Positions 1-7,836 of a DNA stretch of 24,000 nucleotides are shown here, one piece after another. The translations under genes were made by a program, and so were the position numbers. The notes under the pieces are model-generated. The model saw nothing but the letters and a program-made list of their open reading frames with translations, was not told the origin of the DNA and did not search any database. The stretch lies in NCBI RefSeq assembly GCF_018433835.1, contig NZ_JAHDQM010000043.1; one strand, given 5' to 3'. The stretch's first letter is position 1. Each line of letters starts with the position of its first letter. This DNA is from Methanoculleus sp. Its GTDB lineage: Archaea > Halobacteriota > Methanomicrobia > Methanomicrobiales > Methanoculleaceae.

Positions 1-653
1 CCCCATCGCCCGGCGAAGGCGGGCCGGGCACCGAAGTCGCGCTGAACGCGCCGTGGGACCTCGAGCTGCTGGGTGGCCATCTCTACGTCGCGATGACCGG
101 GGCGAATCAGGTCTGGCGAATGGACCTCGCCACCCACAAGATAGAACCTTACGCCGGGTCGGGCCGTGAGGCCCTGGTCGACGGTCCGCTTGAAGAGGCC
201 GCCTTCGCCCGGCCCACAGGCATCGTCACCGACGGCGAGGTGCTCTTTGTCGCCGACAGCGGGGCTTCGGCGATCCGCCGTATAAAGCGGGGGATGGTCG
301 AGACGCGCATCGGGCACTCCCCGGAAGACTTCGGCGACCTCGACACCATTGCCCGGATGGCCCGCATCCACCACCCGATGGGCATCGCCTACCGGGAGGG
401 GTCGCTCTACATCGCCGACACCCATAACCATAAGATCAAGCAGTTCGACCCGGATACCGACTGGGTCCTCACCAGGGTCGGAAGCGGCGAACGCGGCGAC
501 CGGGACGGGCTGTCGGGAGACGCGAGGCTGAACGAGCCGAACGGCCTGGTCAACTTCGCGGGGCTCTGGTACATCGCCGATACCGGCAACCATGCCGTCA
601 GAGTCTACGATCCGGTCCGCCACGTGGTCTCGACCCTGAACCTCTGGAAGTAG
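1..653 (+). CDS. NHL-repeat (beta-propeller) protein, C-terminal part; the 5' end lies outside the window
   Basis: The frame is open from nt 3 (..LNAPWDLELLGGHLYVAMTGANQVW..) to TAG 651-653. NHL-type repeats recur: LFVADSGASAIRRI, LYIADTHNHKIKQFD, WYIADTGNHAVRVYD. Confidence 0.75.
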   Translation, partial: PSPGEGGPGTEVALNAPWDLELLGGHLYVAMTGANQVWRMDLATHKIEPYAGSGREALVDGPLEEAAFARPTGIVTDGEVLFVADSGASAIRRIKRGMVETRIGHSPEDFGDLDTIARMARIHHPMGIAYREGSLYIADTHNHKIKQFDPDTDWVLTRVGSGERGDRDGLSGDARLNEPNGLVNFAGLWYIADTGNHAVRVYDPVRHVVSTLNLWK

Positions 654-748
654 GAGTGCGCCAAACCCGGTCGCCGGGCGCGAGACCAATACTTTATGTA
701 GAGGCAACGAGAGAGGAGGGGTGGAGCATACAGCCTCCAGGGGGGACC

Positions 749-1354
749 ATGCGAACGAATTACGTGCTATTCATAACCGTTCTGGCTATCGGAGCGGCGG
801 TTCTCGTCTGCGGTTGCACGGGCCCGACAGGGGGTGATGCCCCGAACCAGACGAACGGAACTCCTGCCGAAACGCCGGCCGGCGAGAACCTGACAATCGA
901 CGAGGTTGTGGTCCGGGACGGCAACTTCTCAATCCTCATCCAGGCGCTCGATGCCGCCGGGCTTGAGGGGGCACTCACCGGGCCGGGCCCCTACACGGTC
1001 TTTGCACCCACGGACGAGGCTTTCGGCCGGCTTCCGGAAACCGTAATGGAAGAGCTCTTCGACGATCCGAAGGGCAACCTCGCCGAGATCCTGCTCTACC
1101 ACATGGCTCCGGACAGATACACGGCATCCGACCTCGCCGCAAACGATACCATTGCGACCATACAGGGCAACCCGGCCGCCATCGGCGCCGCCGGCGAGAG
1201 GATGACGGTGGACGGTGCAGAGGTGGTCCGGGCCGATATGTTAGCGGCGAACGGGGTCGTTCATGCCATCGATGCGGTCATGATCCCGCCGGACGTGACT
1301 CTGCAGGCAATGAACGAAACCGCCGCAGGCGTGGCGGCGAACACGACCGGCTGA
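749..1354 (+). CDS. Exported fasciclin (FAS1) domain lipoprotein/glycoprotein
   Basis: ATG 749 opens MRTNYVLFITVLAIGAAVLVCGC, a signal peptide with a lipobox-like VCGC. FAS1 motifs are TVFAPTDEAF, LLYH and NGVVHAID. There are seven N-x-S/T sequons. The ORF-track start at 656 adds 31 non-hydrophobic codons and is less likely. Confidence 0.85.
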   Translation: MRTNYVLFITVLAIGAAVLVCGCTGPTGGDAPNQTNGTPAETPAGENLTIDEVVVRDGNFSILIQALDAAGLEGALTGPGPYTVFAPTDEAFGRLPETVMEELFDDPKGNLAEILLYHMAPDRYTASDLAANDTIATIQGNPAAIGAAGERMTVDGAEVVRADMLAANGVVHAIDAVMIPPDVTLQAMNETAAGVAANTTG

Positions 1355-1646
1355 GGCCCTCCCCGCCCCCTCTCCTACTGTCGGTGCGCCGCAGCGTATA
1401 CATTCCATACACAATAGTGCACAATTTGTATTCGCGCTCGAGAGACCCATTCCCTCAAAGACGGGGTGACACCTCAGAAGCACCCTGAGGAACTCCGGTG
1501 CTGATAATTGAGCCATATCCATCACGGACCCGCACCAGTTGCAAATCTCAACGCAAACCCCAATAACAACTGTTTTCCCACGGCCGCACAAACAGAGAGT
1601 CACAACCGGGAGGGGTCCCGGCTCTCCCGAATCTCTGAGATCGTCC

Positions 1647-4600
1647 ATGCCCCGCTTCAACCTCAGCCCGTCGCTCATCGGCCGGTTCTTCTACCACGAC
1701 TGCGAACGCTACCTCCGCTACCATGCGACCCCGGAGCAGGAGCGCGAGAACGCCGGCATCCCGGCGGCCGCGATCGACACGAGCCCGGTGACGCGAGCCC
1801 TCCTGGATGCAGGCATCCGGTGGGAGGAGGAGGTGATCCGAACGAAACTGGCAGGAAATGTGCGGCTCCCGGACGGGACGGGGCCCCTCTCCGGGCGGTC
1901 GTTCTCCATCGAAGAGAGTTTCAACCTCCTCCCCCGGCTCTCCCCGGGCGAGGCGATCTACCAGGCGACCGTCCCCGTCTCGGTCCACTTCCTGAAGAGC
2001 TACGGTCTCGATCCCGAACTGCACCGGTTCTCCCCCTGCCGTCCCGACCTCGTCAGGCTCGGCGGCGATCGGTGTCTGCAGGTCGTCGATATCAAGGCAA
2101 GTGAGGATCTCAGTGTCAGTCACCGGATCCAGGCGACGCTGTATGCCCTTATCCTCGATCACGCCCTGGATCTGCTCGGGATGGATCTCCGGGTCGACCT
2201 CTCCCGGGCAGGGATCTGGCTCTACGGCGAGGACGAACCGGAACCCTTCGGCCTGCACCTCAACATACGGGTGATCGAGGACTTCCTCCGCCATCGCCTC
2301 CCGGGCATCCTTGCCGGCCCGCCGGAGGAGGTGCCCTGGCATCTCACCTCGCGGTGCGAGTCCTGCGAGTTCTACCCCCACTGCCGCAGGGAGGCGGAGA
2401 CCTCTGCCTCGGTCTCACAGATCCCGGGCCTCTCGTCCATCGGGAGGCGCTACCTCCGGGAAGCACCATGGAACGGCGGCCTCTCCATCAACACGCTCTC
2501 CGACCTGGAGACGTTCCTTCGTGACCCGGAGAGCGACCGCTGCCTCGACAACTGCGGGTCGCTCGCCGGCCAGGGCGACCGCCTGCGGGCGACCGTCCGG
2601 GCGCTCTCCACAGGAGAGGTCGTCGCGCTCGCCGCGACCTCGCGTGCCCTCCTCGTCTACGAGGACATCGGCATCATCCTGACGCTCCAGAAGGACCCCG
2701 TCTCCGGTCGGACATACACTCTCGGGTTCAGGCGGAGCAGGGGCAGGACGGTCTACGGGACGCCCTCGCACGAAGCGATCTTCGTCGCGGAGGACCCCGC
2801 CGACTGCACCCGTGTGCGGCGCGAGTTCGTCCGGACACTCGCCGCAGAACTCGCGACCGTCGACGAGTACAACCGGGGCCGCGATTGGGCCGAGCAAAAG
2901 TCGGTGCAGACCTACGTCTACGACACCTACGAAGAGGAACTCTTCGCCCGGCTGCTCGACGAGGCAATGAAAGACCCCGAAACGGCGGAGGATGCTCTCA
3001 GGCTGCGGTTCTACTACCAGGACCCCGGCATTGCTCTCGGGACCAGCCACCCGAGCACGTCGGTCCCGTTCCCGCTCGTCGTCCTTACGCGCGAGATCCG
3101 GCGGTTGCTTGCGCTTCCCGTCCCGTTCACGCTCCGTCTGCCGGAGGTCCTCGCGGCAATCCCCTCTTCCCGGTTCGCGTACCGGCTCGACCCTGGCAGC
3201 CTCTTCTGGAACGAGCACAGCAACGCTATGAGGAGCGACGCCGTCCTCATGGCGTGGCACGGAGCACGGCCGGAGGCCGCAGACTGGGTCCGGCAGGAGG
3301 TGTCGCGCCGCCTGCTTGCGGGAGGGAGCGTCCTCGACGGGCTCCGCGAACGGGTGAAGGGCAGCCTCGTGCGGTGGCCGGAGAACTTCCGGTTCCCGCG
3401 CCCGTGGGATGCCGCGACGCCGGAGATATCGCGCCTCCTCTTCATTGCGGAGTACGAATCGGCCATGGGTGCCCGGAGGGTACAGGAACTGCGGAGCAGG
3501 CCGCGGGCTGCAAGGATCCGGGACGCCGTCAGCATCCCCGTCAAAAAGAGCGAGGGGAACTTCTGGAAGGTGCTCGCCCCCCTGGACCTCTCGCTCTTCG
3601 AACAGTCGCAGGCGTTCAGCTACCTCCTCGTGCCGGACGGCGATGCGGGTGAGGAGGCCCTCCTCGCATTCGACGACCTCCGCTACCGGAGCAGCCCGAA
3701 CCCCGGGAACAGCGGAGTCTGCTTCGCGAGGGTCCGCGACAACATCGTCGACCGGAAGGCCGGGAAGGTCAGGGGGCTTGTGCTGGAGGTGACGTACGGC
3801 CGTGATCACGCACCCTTCTCCGAGGGCGACCTCGCGGTGCTGCACCCCCGGTTCACCGATTTCACCGCACCGCGCTACGTAGACCGCCTTCTCGCCCTGG
3901 ACGAGCAGCCGGAGAACGCGTTCATCCGTCTCCTCCGGGACCCGCGGGGGTTCGCCGTTCCGGTCGCCGAGCCAGAGGAGGTCGTCGCCGACGCAGAGCG
4001 GCTCGCCCGCGATGCCGGGTTCACGAAAAGCCAGGCCCGGGCATTCCGACAGGTGACGGCGAACCGCCTGACGCTGGTCTGGGGACCTCCCGGGACCGGG
4101 AAGACGCATTTCCTCGCGGCGACCATCCTCTCCCTGGTCAAAGCCCGGCAGGCGCACGGGGAGCGGATCCGGGTGGGGGTGACGGCGTTCACCCACGCCG
4201 CCATCGAGAACCTGCTCGTCAAGGTGCAGGCCTCGGTCGATGAGTTCGACCTTGCCACAGGCCTCCCGATCTACAAGATAAAGGATATCCGGACTCCCGG
4301 GGGCGAGCGGAGCCTTGAGGTGCTGCCCCACGACCGGGCCGATACCGTCGTCGGCTACCCGTCCCTTCTCCTCGGCGGGACGGTGCACAGTTTCGGCAGG
4401 CTCGAGAAGGCCCTCCCGTCCCTCGACCTCCTGATCGTCGACGAAGCGTCGCAGATGAGGCCGGCGGAACTCGCGATGGTGCTCCCGATGCTCGGCGACG
4501 ATGGGCGGCTCGTCCTCGCGGGGGACGACCTCCAGCTCCCCCCGGTCGTCCAGGGGGCGTATCCGGCACCGGTTGACGGGCTCCCGGGGCTCGATGATTC

Positions 4601-5426
4601 CGTCTTCGCCTACCTCCGGCACCGTGACGACCCCGGCAGCCCCGTCTACACCTGCCAGCTCCAGGAGAACTGGAGGATGAACCGCACCCTCTCGGGGTTC
4701 CCGGCGGAGACGCTCTACGGCACCGGGTATGCTCCCGCCACCGACGTGATCGGTCGGCAACGGATTGCCCTTGCCCCGGGTGTGCCGGGGGAGGAATGGA
4801 CCGGGTGGATCCTCGATCCGGCATACCCGCTCGTGCTCTGTATCCTCGAGGGCGTCCGGACGACGGTGGAGAACCGGATCGAGGCGGCGCTGGTCGCGCG
4901 ACTCGCCGGGGCGCTCCGGGAGAGGCTCGTCGACCCCCGCTCGGGGGACCCGTATCCGGCGACGGAGGACGGGGATTTCCGCTTCTGGCGGCACGGCCTC
5001 TTCGTCGTCAGCCCGCACCATGCCCAGATCGGCGCCATCCGGAACCTTCTCGCCGACGTGCGGGCCTGGGAACACCCGCCGTTCGTGGACACCGTCGATA
5101 AGATGCAGGGGCAGGAGGCGGAGGGTGCAATCGTCAGTTACGGCGTAAGCGACGTCGAGACCGCCCTCGCCGAGGCCGAGTTCATCTACAGCAGGAACCG
5201 CCTGAACGTATCGCTGACCCGGAGCCGGGCGAAGTGCGTGGTCTTCCTGCCCCGCCCGCTCCTGGAGCCGCCGCTTGAACTGGTGCAGAACGAGAAGGCG
5301 GCGGCGGGGCTCCGGCACATGCTCGACCTCCAGGAGTTCTGCCGGACCCACGGTGATGCGCGGACATTCGACCTCGACGGCGAGGCAGGGGTCCGACTCA
5401 CGGTGATGCGGGCGCGGGTGGGGTGA
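1647..5426 (+). CDS. Fe-S PD-(D/E)xK (Cas4/AddB/Dna2-type) nuclease fused to an SF1B (Dna2/Upf1-like, AAA_11/AAA_12-type) helicase, 1259 aa
   Basis: N-terminal motifs: Cys19 (YHDCERY), VVDIKAS, QATLYAL (QxxxY), and CX2CX5C (RCESCEFYPHC). C-terminal motifs: Walker A WGPPGTGKTH, Walker B LLIVDEASQM, LAGDDLQLPPV, ENWRMN, VDKMQGQEA, RLNVSLTRSRAK. I chose ATG 1647; the alternative start at 1539 adds 36 unremarkable codons. Confidence 0.9.
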   Translation: MPRFNLSPSLIGRFFYHDCERYLRYHATPEQERENAGIPAAAIDTSPVTRALLDAGIRWEEEVIRTKLAGNVRLPDGTGPLSGRSFSIEESFNLLPRLSPGEAIYQATVPVSVHFLKSYGLDPELHRFSPCRPDLVRLGGDRCLQVVDIKASEDLSVSHRIQATLYALILDHALDLLGMDLRVDLSRAGIWLYGEDEPEPFGLHLNIRVIEDFLRHRLPGILAGPPEEVPWHLTSRCESCEFYPHCRREAETSASVSQIPGLSSIGRRYLREAPWNGGLSINTLSDLETFLRDPESDRCLDNCGSLAGQGDRLRATVRALSTGEVVALAATSRALLVYEDIGIILTLQKDPVSGRTYTLGFRRSRGRTVYGTPSHEAIFVAEDPADCTRVRREFVRTLAAELATVDEYNRGRDWAEQKSVQTYVYDTYEEELFARLLDEAMKDPETAEDALRLRFYYQDPGIALGTSHPSTSVPFPLVVLTREIRRLLALPVPFTLRLPEVLAAIPSSRFAYRLDPGSLFWNEHSNAMRSDAVLMAWHGARPEAADWVRQEVSRRLLAGGSVLDGLRERVKGSLVRWPENFRFPRPWDAATPEISRLLFIAEYESAMGARRVQELRSRPRAARIRDAVSIPVKKSEGNFWKVLAPLDLSLFEQSQAFSYLLVPDGDAGEEALLAFDDLRYRSSPNPGNSGVCFARVRDNIVDRKAGKVRGLVLEVTYGRDHAPFSEGDLAVLHPRFTDFTAPRYVDRLLALDEQPENAFIRLLRDPRGFAVPVAEPEEVVADAERLARDAGFTKSQARAFRQVTANRLTLVWGPPGTGKTHFLAATILSLVKARQAHGERIRVGVTAFTHAAIENLLVKVQASVDEFDLATGLPIYKIKDIRTPGGERSLEVLPHDRADTVVGYPSLLLGGTVHSFGRLEKALPSLDLLIVDEASQMRPAELAMVLPMLGDDGRLVLAGDDLQLPPVVQGAYPAPVDGLPGLDDSVFAYLRHRDDPGSPVYTCQLQENWRMNRTLSGFPAETLYGTGYAPATDVIGRQRIALAPGVPGEEWTGWILDPAYPLVLCILEGVRTTVENRIEAALVARLAGALRERLVDPRSGDPYPATEDGDFRFWRHGLFVVSPHHAQIGAIRNLLADVRAWEHPPFVDTVDKMQGQEAEGAIVSYGVSDVETALAEAEFIYSRNRLNVSLTRSRAKCVVFLPRPLLEPPLELVQNEKAAAGLRHMLDLQEFCRTHGDARTFDLDGEAGVRLTVMRARVG

Positions 5427-5598
5427 GAGGGGCTCATCGGATCGTGCCGTGAGAACAAGGCTGCTGGAACGCCCTCCGGCCCAAAAAGGCGTCTCTTCGC
5501 ATCTGTAAGGGTTTAAATCCTGAGCTTGATCAATGAAATTGGTTTTGAGTCTGTAGCAAATCCATACACGGCTTTCCACCTGATATCGCCACGCACTG

Positions 5599-5622
5599 CC
5601 CCCGCCCCCCCCGGGGCGGGGG
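5599..5622. other. Perfect 10-bp all-G:C hairpin (CCCCCGCCCC / GGGGCGGGGG, loop CCCC)
   Basis: Paired by hand: 5599-5608 is complementary to 5613-5622 with no mismatch. It lies in the 555-bp non-coding gap. Confidence 0.6.
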
Positions 5623-5637
5623 AGGAGCGCGAAGCGC

Positions 5638-5658
5638 GGGCGGGGTGGGGGTGAGGGG
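5638..5658 (+). other. Canonical G-quadruplex motif (GGG C GGGG T GGGGG TGA GGGG)
   Basis: Four G-tracts of at least 3 nt with loops of 1, 1 and 3 nt on the + strand, directly 3' of two hairpins. This is sequence potential only. Confidence 0.4.
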
Positions 5659-5981
5659 AACAGTTCCTTAACCAGATCCAAAGCACCTGAGATGGGCGTT
5701 GGAGACAGGGGAGGGGGGAGCATCCCCCCTCAAAGGCTTTCGGCCTTCTCGTGCTCCGTTCCTGTCGGAACATCGCACTCCCCGTCAGCCCCTCCCCCAA
5801 CGGCGATATGCGACTGGCCGAAGGGCAGGAGCACGAGCACCGAGGGTGCGCAGCCCCCACGGTCCAGCGTATCGGGATAACCGGGGAATACCGGGACAAC
5901 AGGGGAAGATTGCAACTCAGGTCATCATCTTACAGGGTATAGGCCCAACCTATTTTCCTCCTGTCAGACAAATGACATACT

Positions 5982-6866
5982 GTGATCGGCAGCCTCGACC
6001 CCGACCAGAACGAGCGCGAACGCCGGCTCCTCGAAGAGATCCGCGAGCAGGGGGCCACCCCGGAGAACATCCGCCTCTTCCGGGACCTCATCCTCTCGTA
6101 CTACCGTGCCCACGGCCGCGACCTCCCCTGGCGGCGGACCACCGATCCCTACCGGATCCTGGTCTCGGAGATCATGCTCCAGCAGACTCAGGTCGAGCGG
6201 GTCGCCGTGAAGTACCGCGAGTTTCTCGAACGATTCCCTGACTTCGAGAGCCTTGCCCGTGCGCCGAAAAGCGAAGTGCTCCTCGCCTGGCAGGGCATGG
6301 GCTACAACCGCCGGGCAATCGCGCTCCAGAAGACCGCACAGCGCGTCGTGGACGAGTACGGCGGCCGGCTCCCGGCCGACGTCGAGACGCTCGCAACCTT
6401 CCCCGGCATCGGGAAGGCGACCGCGTCGGCCATCTGCGCGTACGCGTTCAACATGCCGGTCGTCTACATCGAGACGAACATCCGGCGGATCTTCATCCAC
6501 TTCTTCTTCCAGGACAGGGAGGATGTCCGGGACGACGAGATACTCCCGCTCGTCGAGCAGGCTCTCGACCGTGGAAGCCCGCGGGAGTGGTATAGCGCAT
6601 TGATGGACTACGGCACTGTACTGAAGAAGCGGACGGCGAACCCGAACCGGCGGAGCGCGTCGTACTCCCGGCAGAGCCGGTTCGAGGGATCCGACCGGCA
6701 GGTCAGGGGACGGATACTCGCGCTCGTCCTCGAGGATGGGACGGTCACGGGTGAGGAGGTGGCCGCCCGGGTCGGCGAAGAGCCCGGTCGGGTGAGGAGG
6801 ATCCTCATCGACCTCACGCGGGAAGGGTTCATCGCCGAGAGCGGGGGGACGTATACCTGCAGGTGA
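5982..6866 (+). CDS. MutY/EndoIII-family HhH-GPD DNA glycosylase, atypical: no 4-Cys Fe-S loop, with a C-terminal winged-helix-like tail
   Basis: GTG start. The protein has LPWRRTTDPYRILVSEIMLQQTQV (catalytic Glu context as in MutY), the HhH LATFPGIGKATASAI, then IETNIRRI where MutY has LDGNVKRV. Only 2 Cys occur in the whole protein. Confidence 0.85.
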   Translation: MIGSLDPDQNERERRLLEEIREQGATPENIRLFRDLILSYYRAHGRDLPWRRTTDPYRILVSEIMLQQTQVERVAVKYREFLERFPDFESLARAPKSEVLLAWQGMGYNRRAIALQKTAQRVVDEYGGRLPADVETLATFPGIGKATASAICAYAFNMPVVYIETNIRRIFIHFFFQDREDVRDDEILPLVEQALDRGSPREWYSALMDYGTVLKKRTANPNRRSASYSRQSRFEGSDRQVRGRILALVLEDGTVTGEEVAARVGEEPGRVRRILIDLTREGFIAESGGTYTCR

Positions 6867-6915
6867 GAGCCCCTCCGGCAGGTTGATACCCGTATGGGAT
6901 CATCCCGGGAGAGGC

Positions 6916-7821
6916 ATGAAGATCGGCTACCCGTGCATCAACCGGAGCGTCGGCTGCTCCTCCGGCCGCACGTTCAGGCTCTCCTCCTACTCCGACGAAC
7001 GGCTGGAGGAGACCGTCCGGGAGAACCTCCGCTGTCTTCGTGAGATCCTCCGCTTCAACCGGAGAGAGTGCATCCTCTTCTTCCGGATCGCTTCAGGCCT
7101 CGTGCCGTTCGCGTCGCACCCGGTCTGCACCGCCGCCTGGCAGGACACCTTCGCCGGGACGTTCCGGGAGGTCGGCCGGTTTGTTCGCGAGCACGGGATG
7201 CGGATATCCATGCACCCCGACCAGTTCGTCGTCATCAACGCGAAAGACCCGGGCATCGTAAACAGGAGCGTCGCGGAACTCCGCTATCATGCCGCCGTCC
7301 TCGACGCCATGCACCTTGATGGAAGCGCAAAGGTCCAGATCCACGTCGGCGGCGTATACGGGGACCGGGAGGCGAGCATGGAGCGGTTCGCGAGCGTATA
7401 CTCCCTTCTTGACGAGAACATCCTCCGCCGGCTGGTCGTCGAGAACGACGACTCGCGCTACACACTGGCCGACTGTCTCCGCATCCACGAGGAGACAGGC
7501 GTCCCGGTGCTCTTCGACGTATTCCACCACCGGGTCAACCCTTCGGGCGTCGGGGTTGCCGAAGCAGTCGAACAGTCCGGCGCGACCTGGCGGCCCGAAG
7601 ACGGCATCCCGATGATCGACTACAGCACCCCAATGCCCGGCGGGCGGAGGGGGCGGCACGCAGAGAGCCTTGACGGTGCCGACTTCGAGCGGTTCCTCGC
7701 CGACACCGCGCCGGCGGATATGGACATCATGCTCGAGATCAAGGATAAAGAGAAGAGCGCTCTCGTGGCCGTCGGGATCGCTCGCCGGGACGGGCGGTTC
7801 CTCCTGCCGGCAGAGCGGTAA
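6916..7821 (+). CDS. uvdE: UV damage endonuclease UvdE/UvsE
   Basis: MKIGYPCIN.., RISMHPDQFVVIN, KVQIHVGG, LVVENDD and VLFDVFHH match the TIM-barrel UvdE metal-ligand pattern. ATG 6916 follows GGGAGAGG. The ORF-track start at 6883 is less likely. Confidence 0.9.
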   Translation: MKIGYPCINRSVGCSSGRTFRLSSYSDERLEETVRENLRCLREILRFNRRECILFFRIASGLVPFASHPVCTAAWQDTFAGTFREVGRFVREHGMRISMHPDQFVVINAKDPGIVNRSVAELRYHAAVLDAMHLDGSAKVQIHVGGVYGDREASMERFASVYSLLDENILRRLVVENDDSRYTLADCLRIHEETGVPVLFDVFHHRVNPSGVGVAEAVEQSGATWRPEDGIPMIDYSTPMPGGRRGRHAESLDGADFERFLADTAPADMDIMLEIKDKEKSALVAVGIARRDGRFLLPAER

Positions 7822-7836
7822 TCCGGGCGCTCCTCC

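Noticed and set aside
1405-5570. Shared 9-mer TCCATACAC in both AT-rich flanks of the nuclease-helicase gene (about 1408 and about 5563) as possible att/target-site duplication of a mobile island
   Set aside because: A single 9-nt match between a 292-bp and a 555-bp region is roughly what chance predicts. There is no integrase, no tRNA and no extended repeat, and the gene's G+C is like its neighbours'.
2415-5723. 1102-aa minus-strand ORF antisense to the nuclease-helicase gene
   Set aside because: Its composition is dominated by Arg/Pro/Gly/Glu/Asp runs and it has no recognisable motif. It mirrors a gene with clear motifs on the + strand. This is the classic stop-poor shadow frame of GC-rich DNA.
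5513-5942. Small ORFs inside the 555-bp gap (5513-5899 minus, 5692-5880 and 5751-5942 plus) and 19053-19274 upstream of the MATE gene
   Set aside because: They have Pro/Arg/Ser/Gly-rich low-complexity translations, no start context, mutual overlap in different frames, and no recognisable domain. I treat these regions as non-coding.
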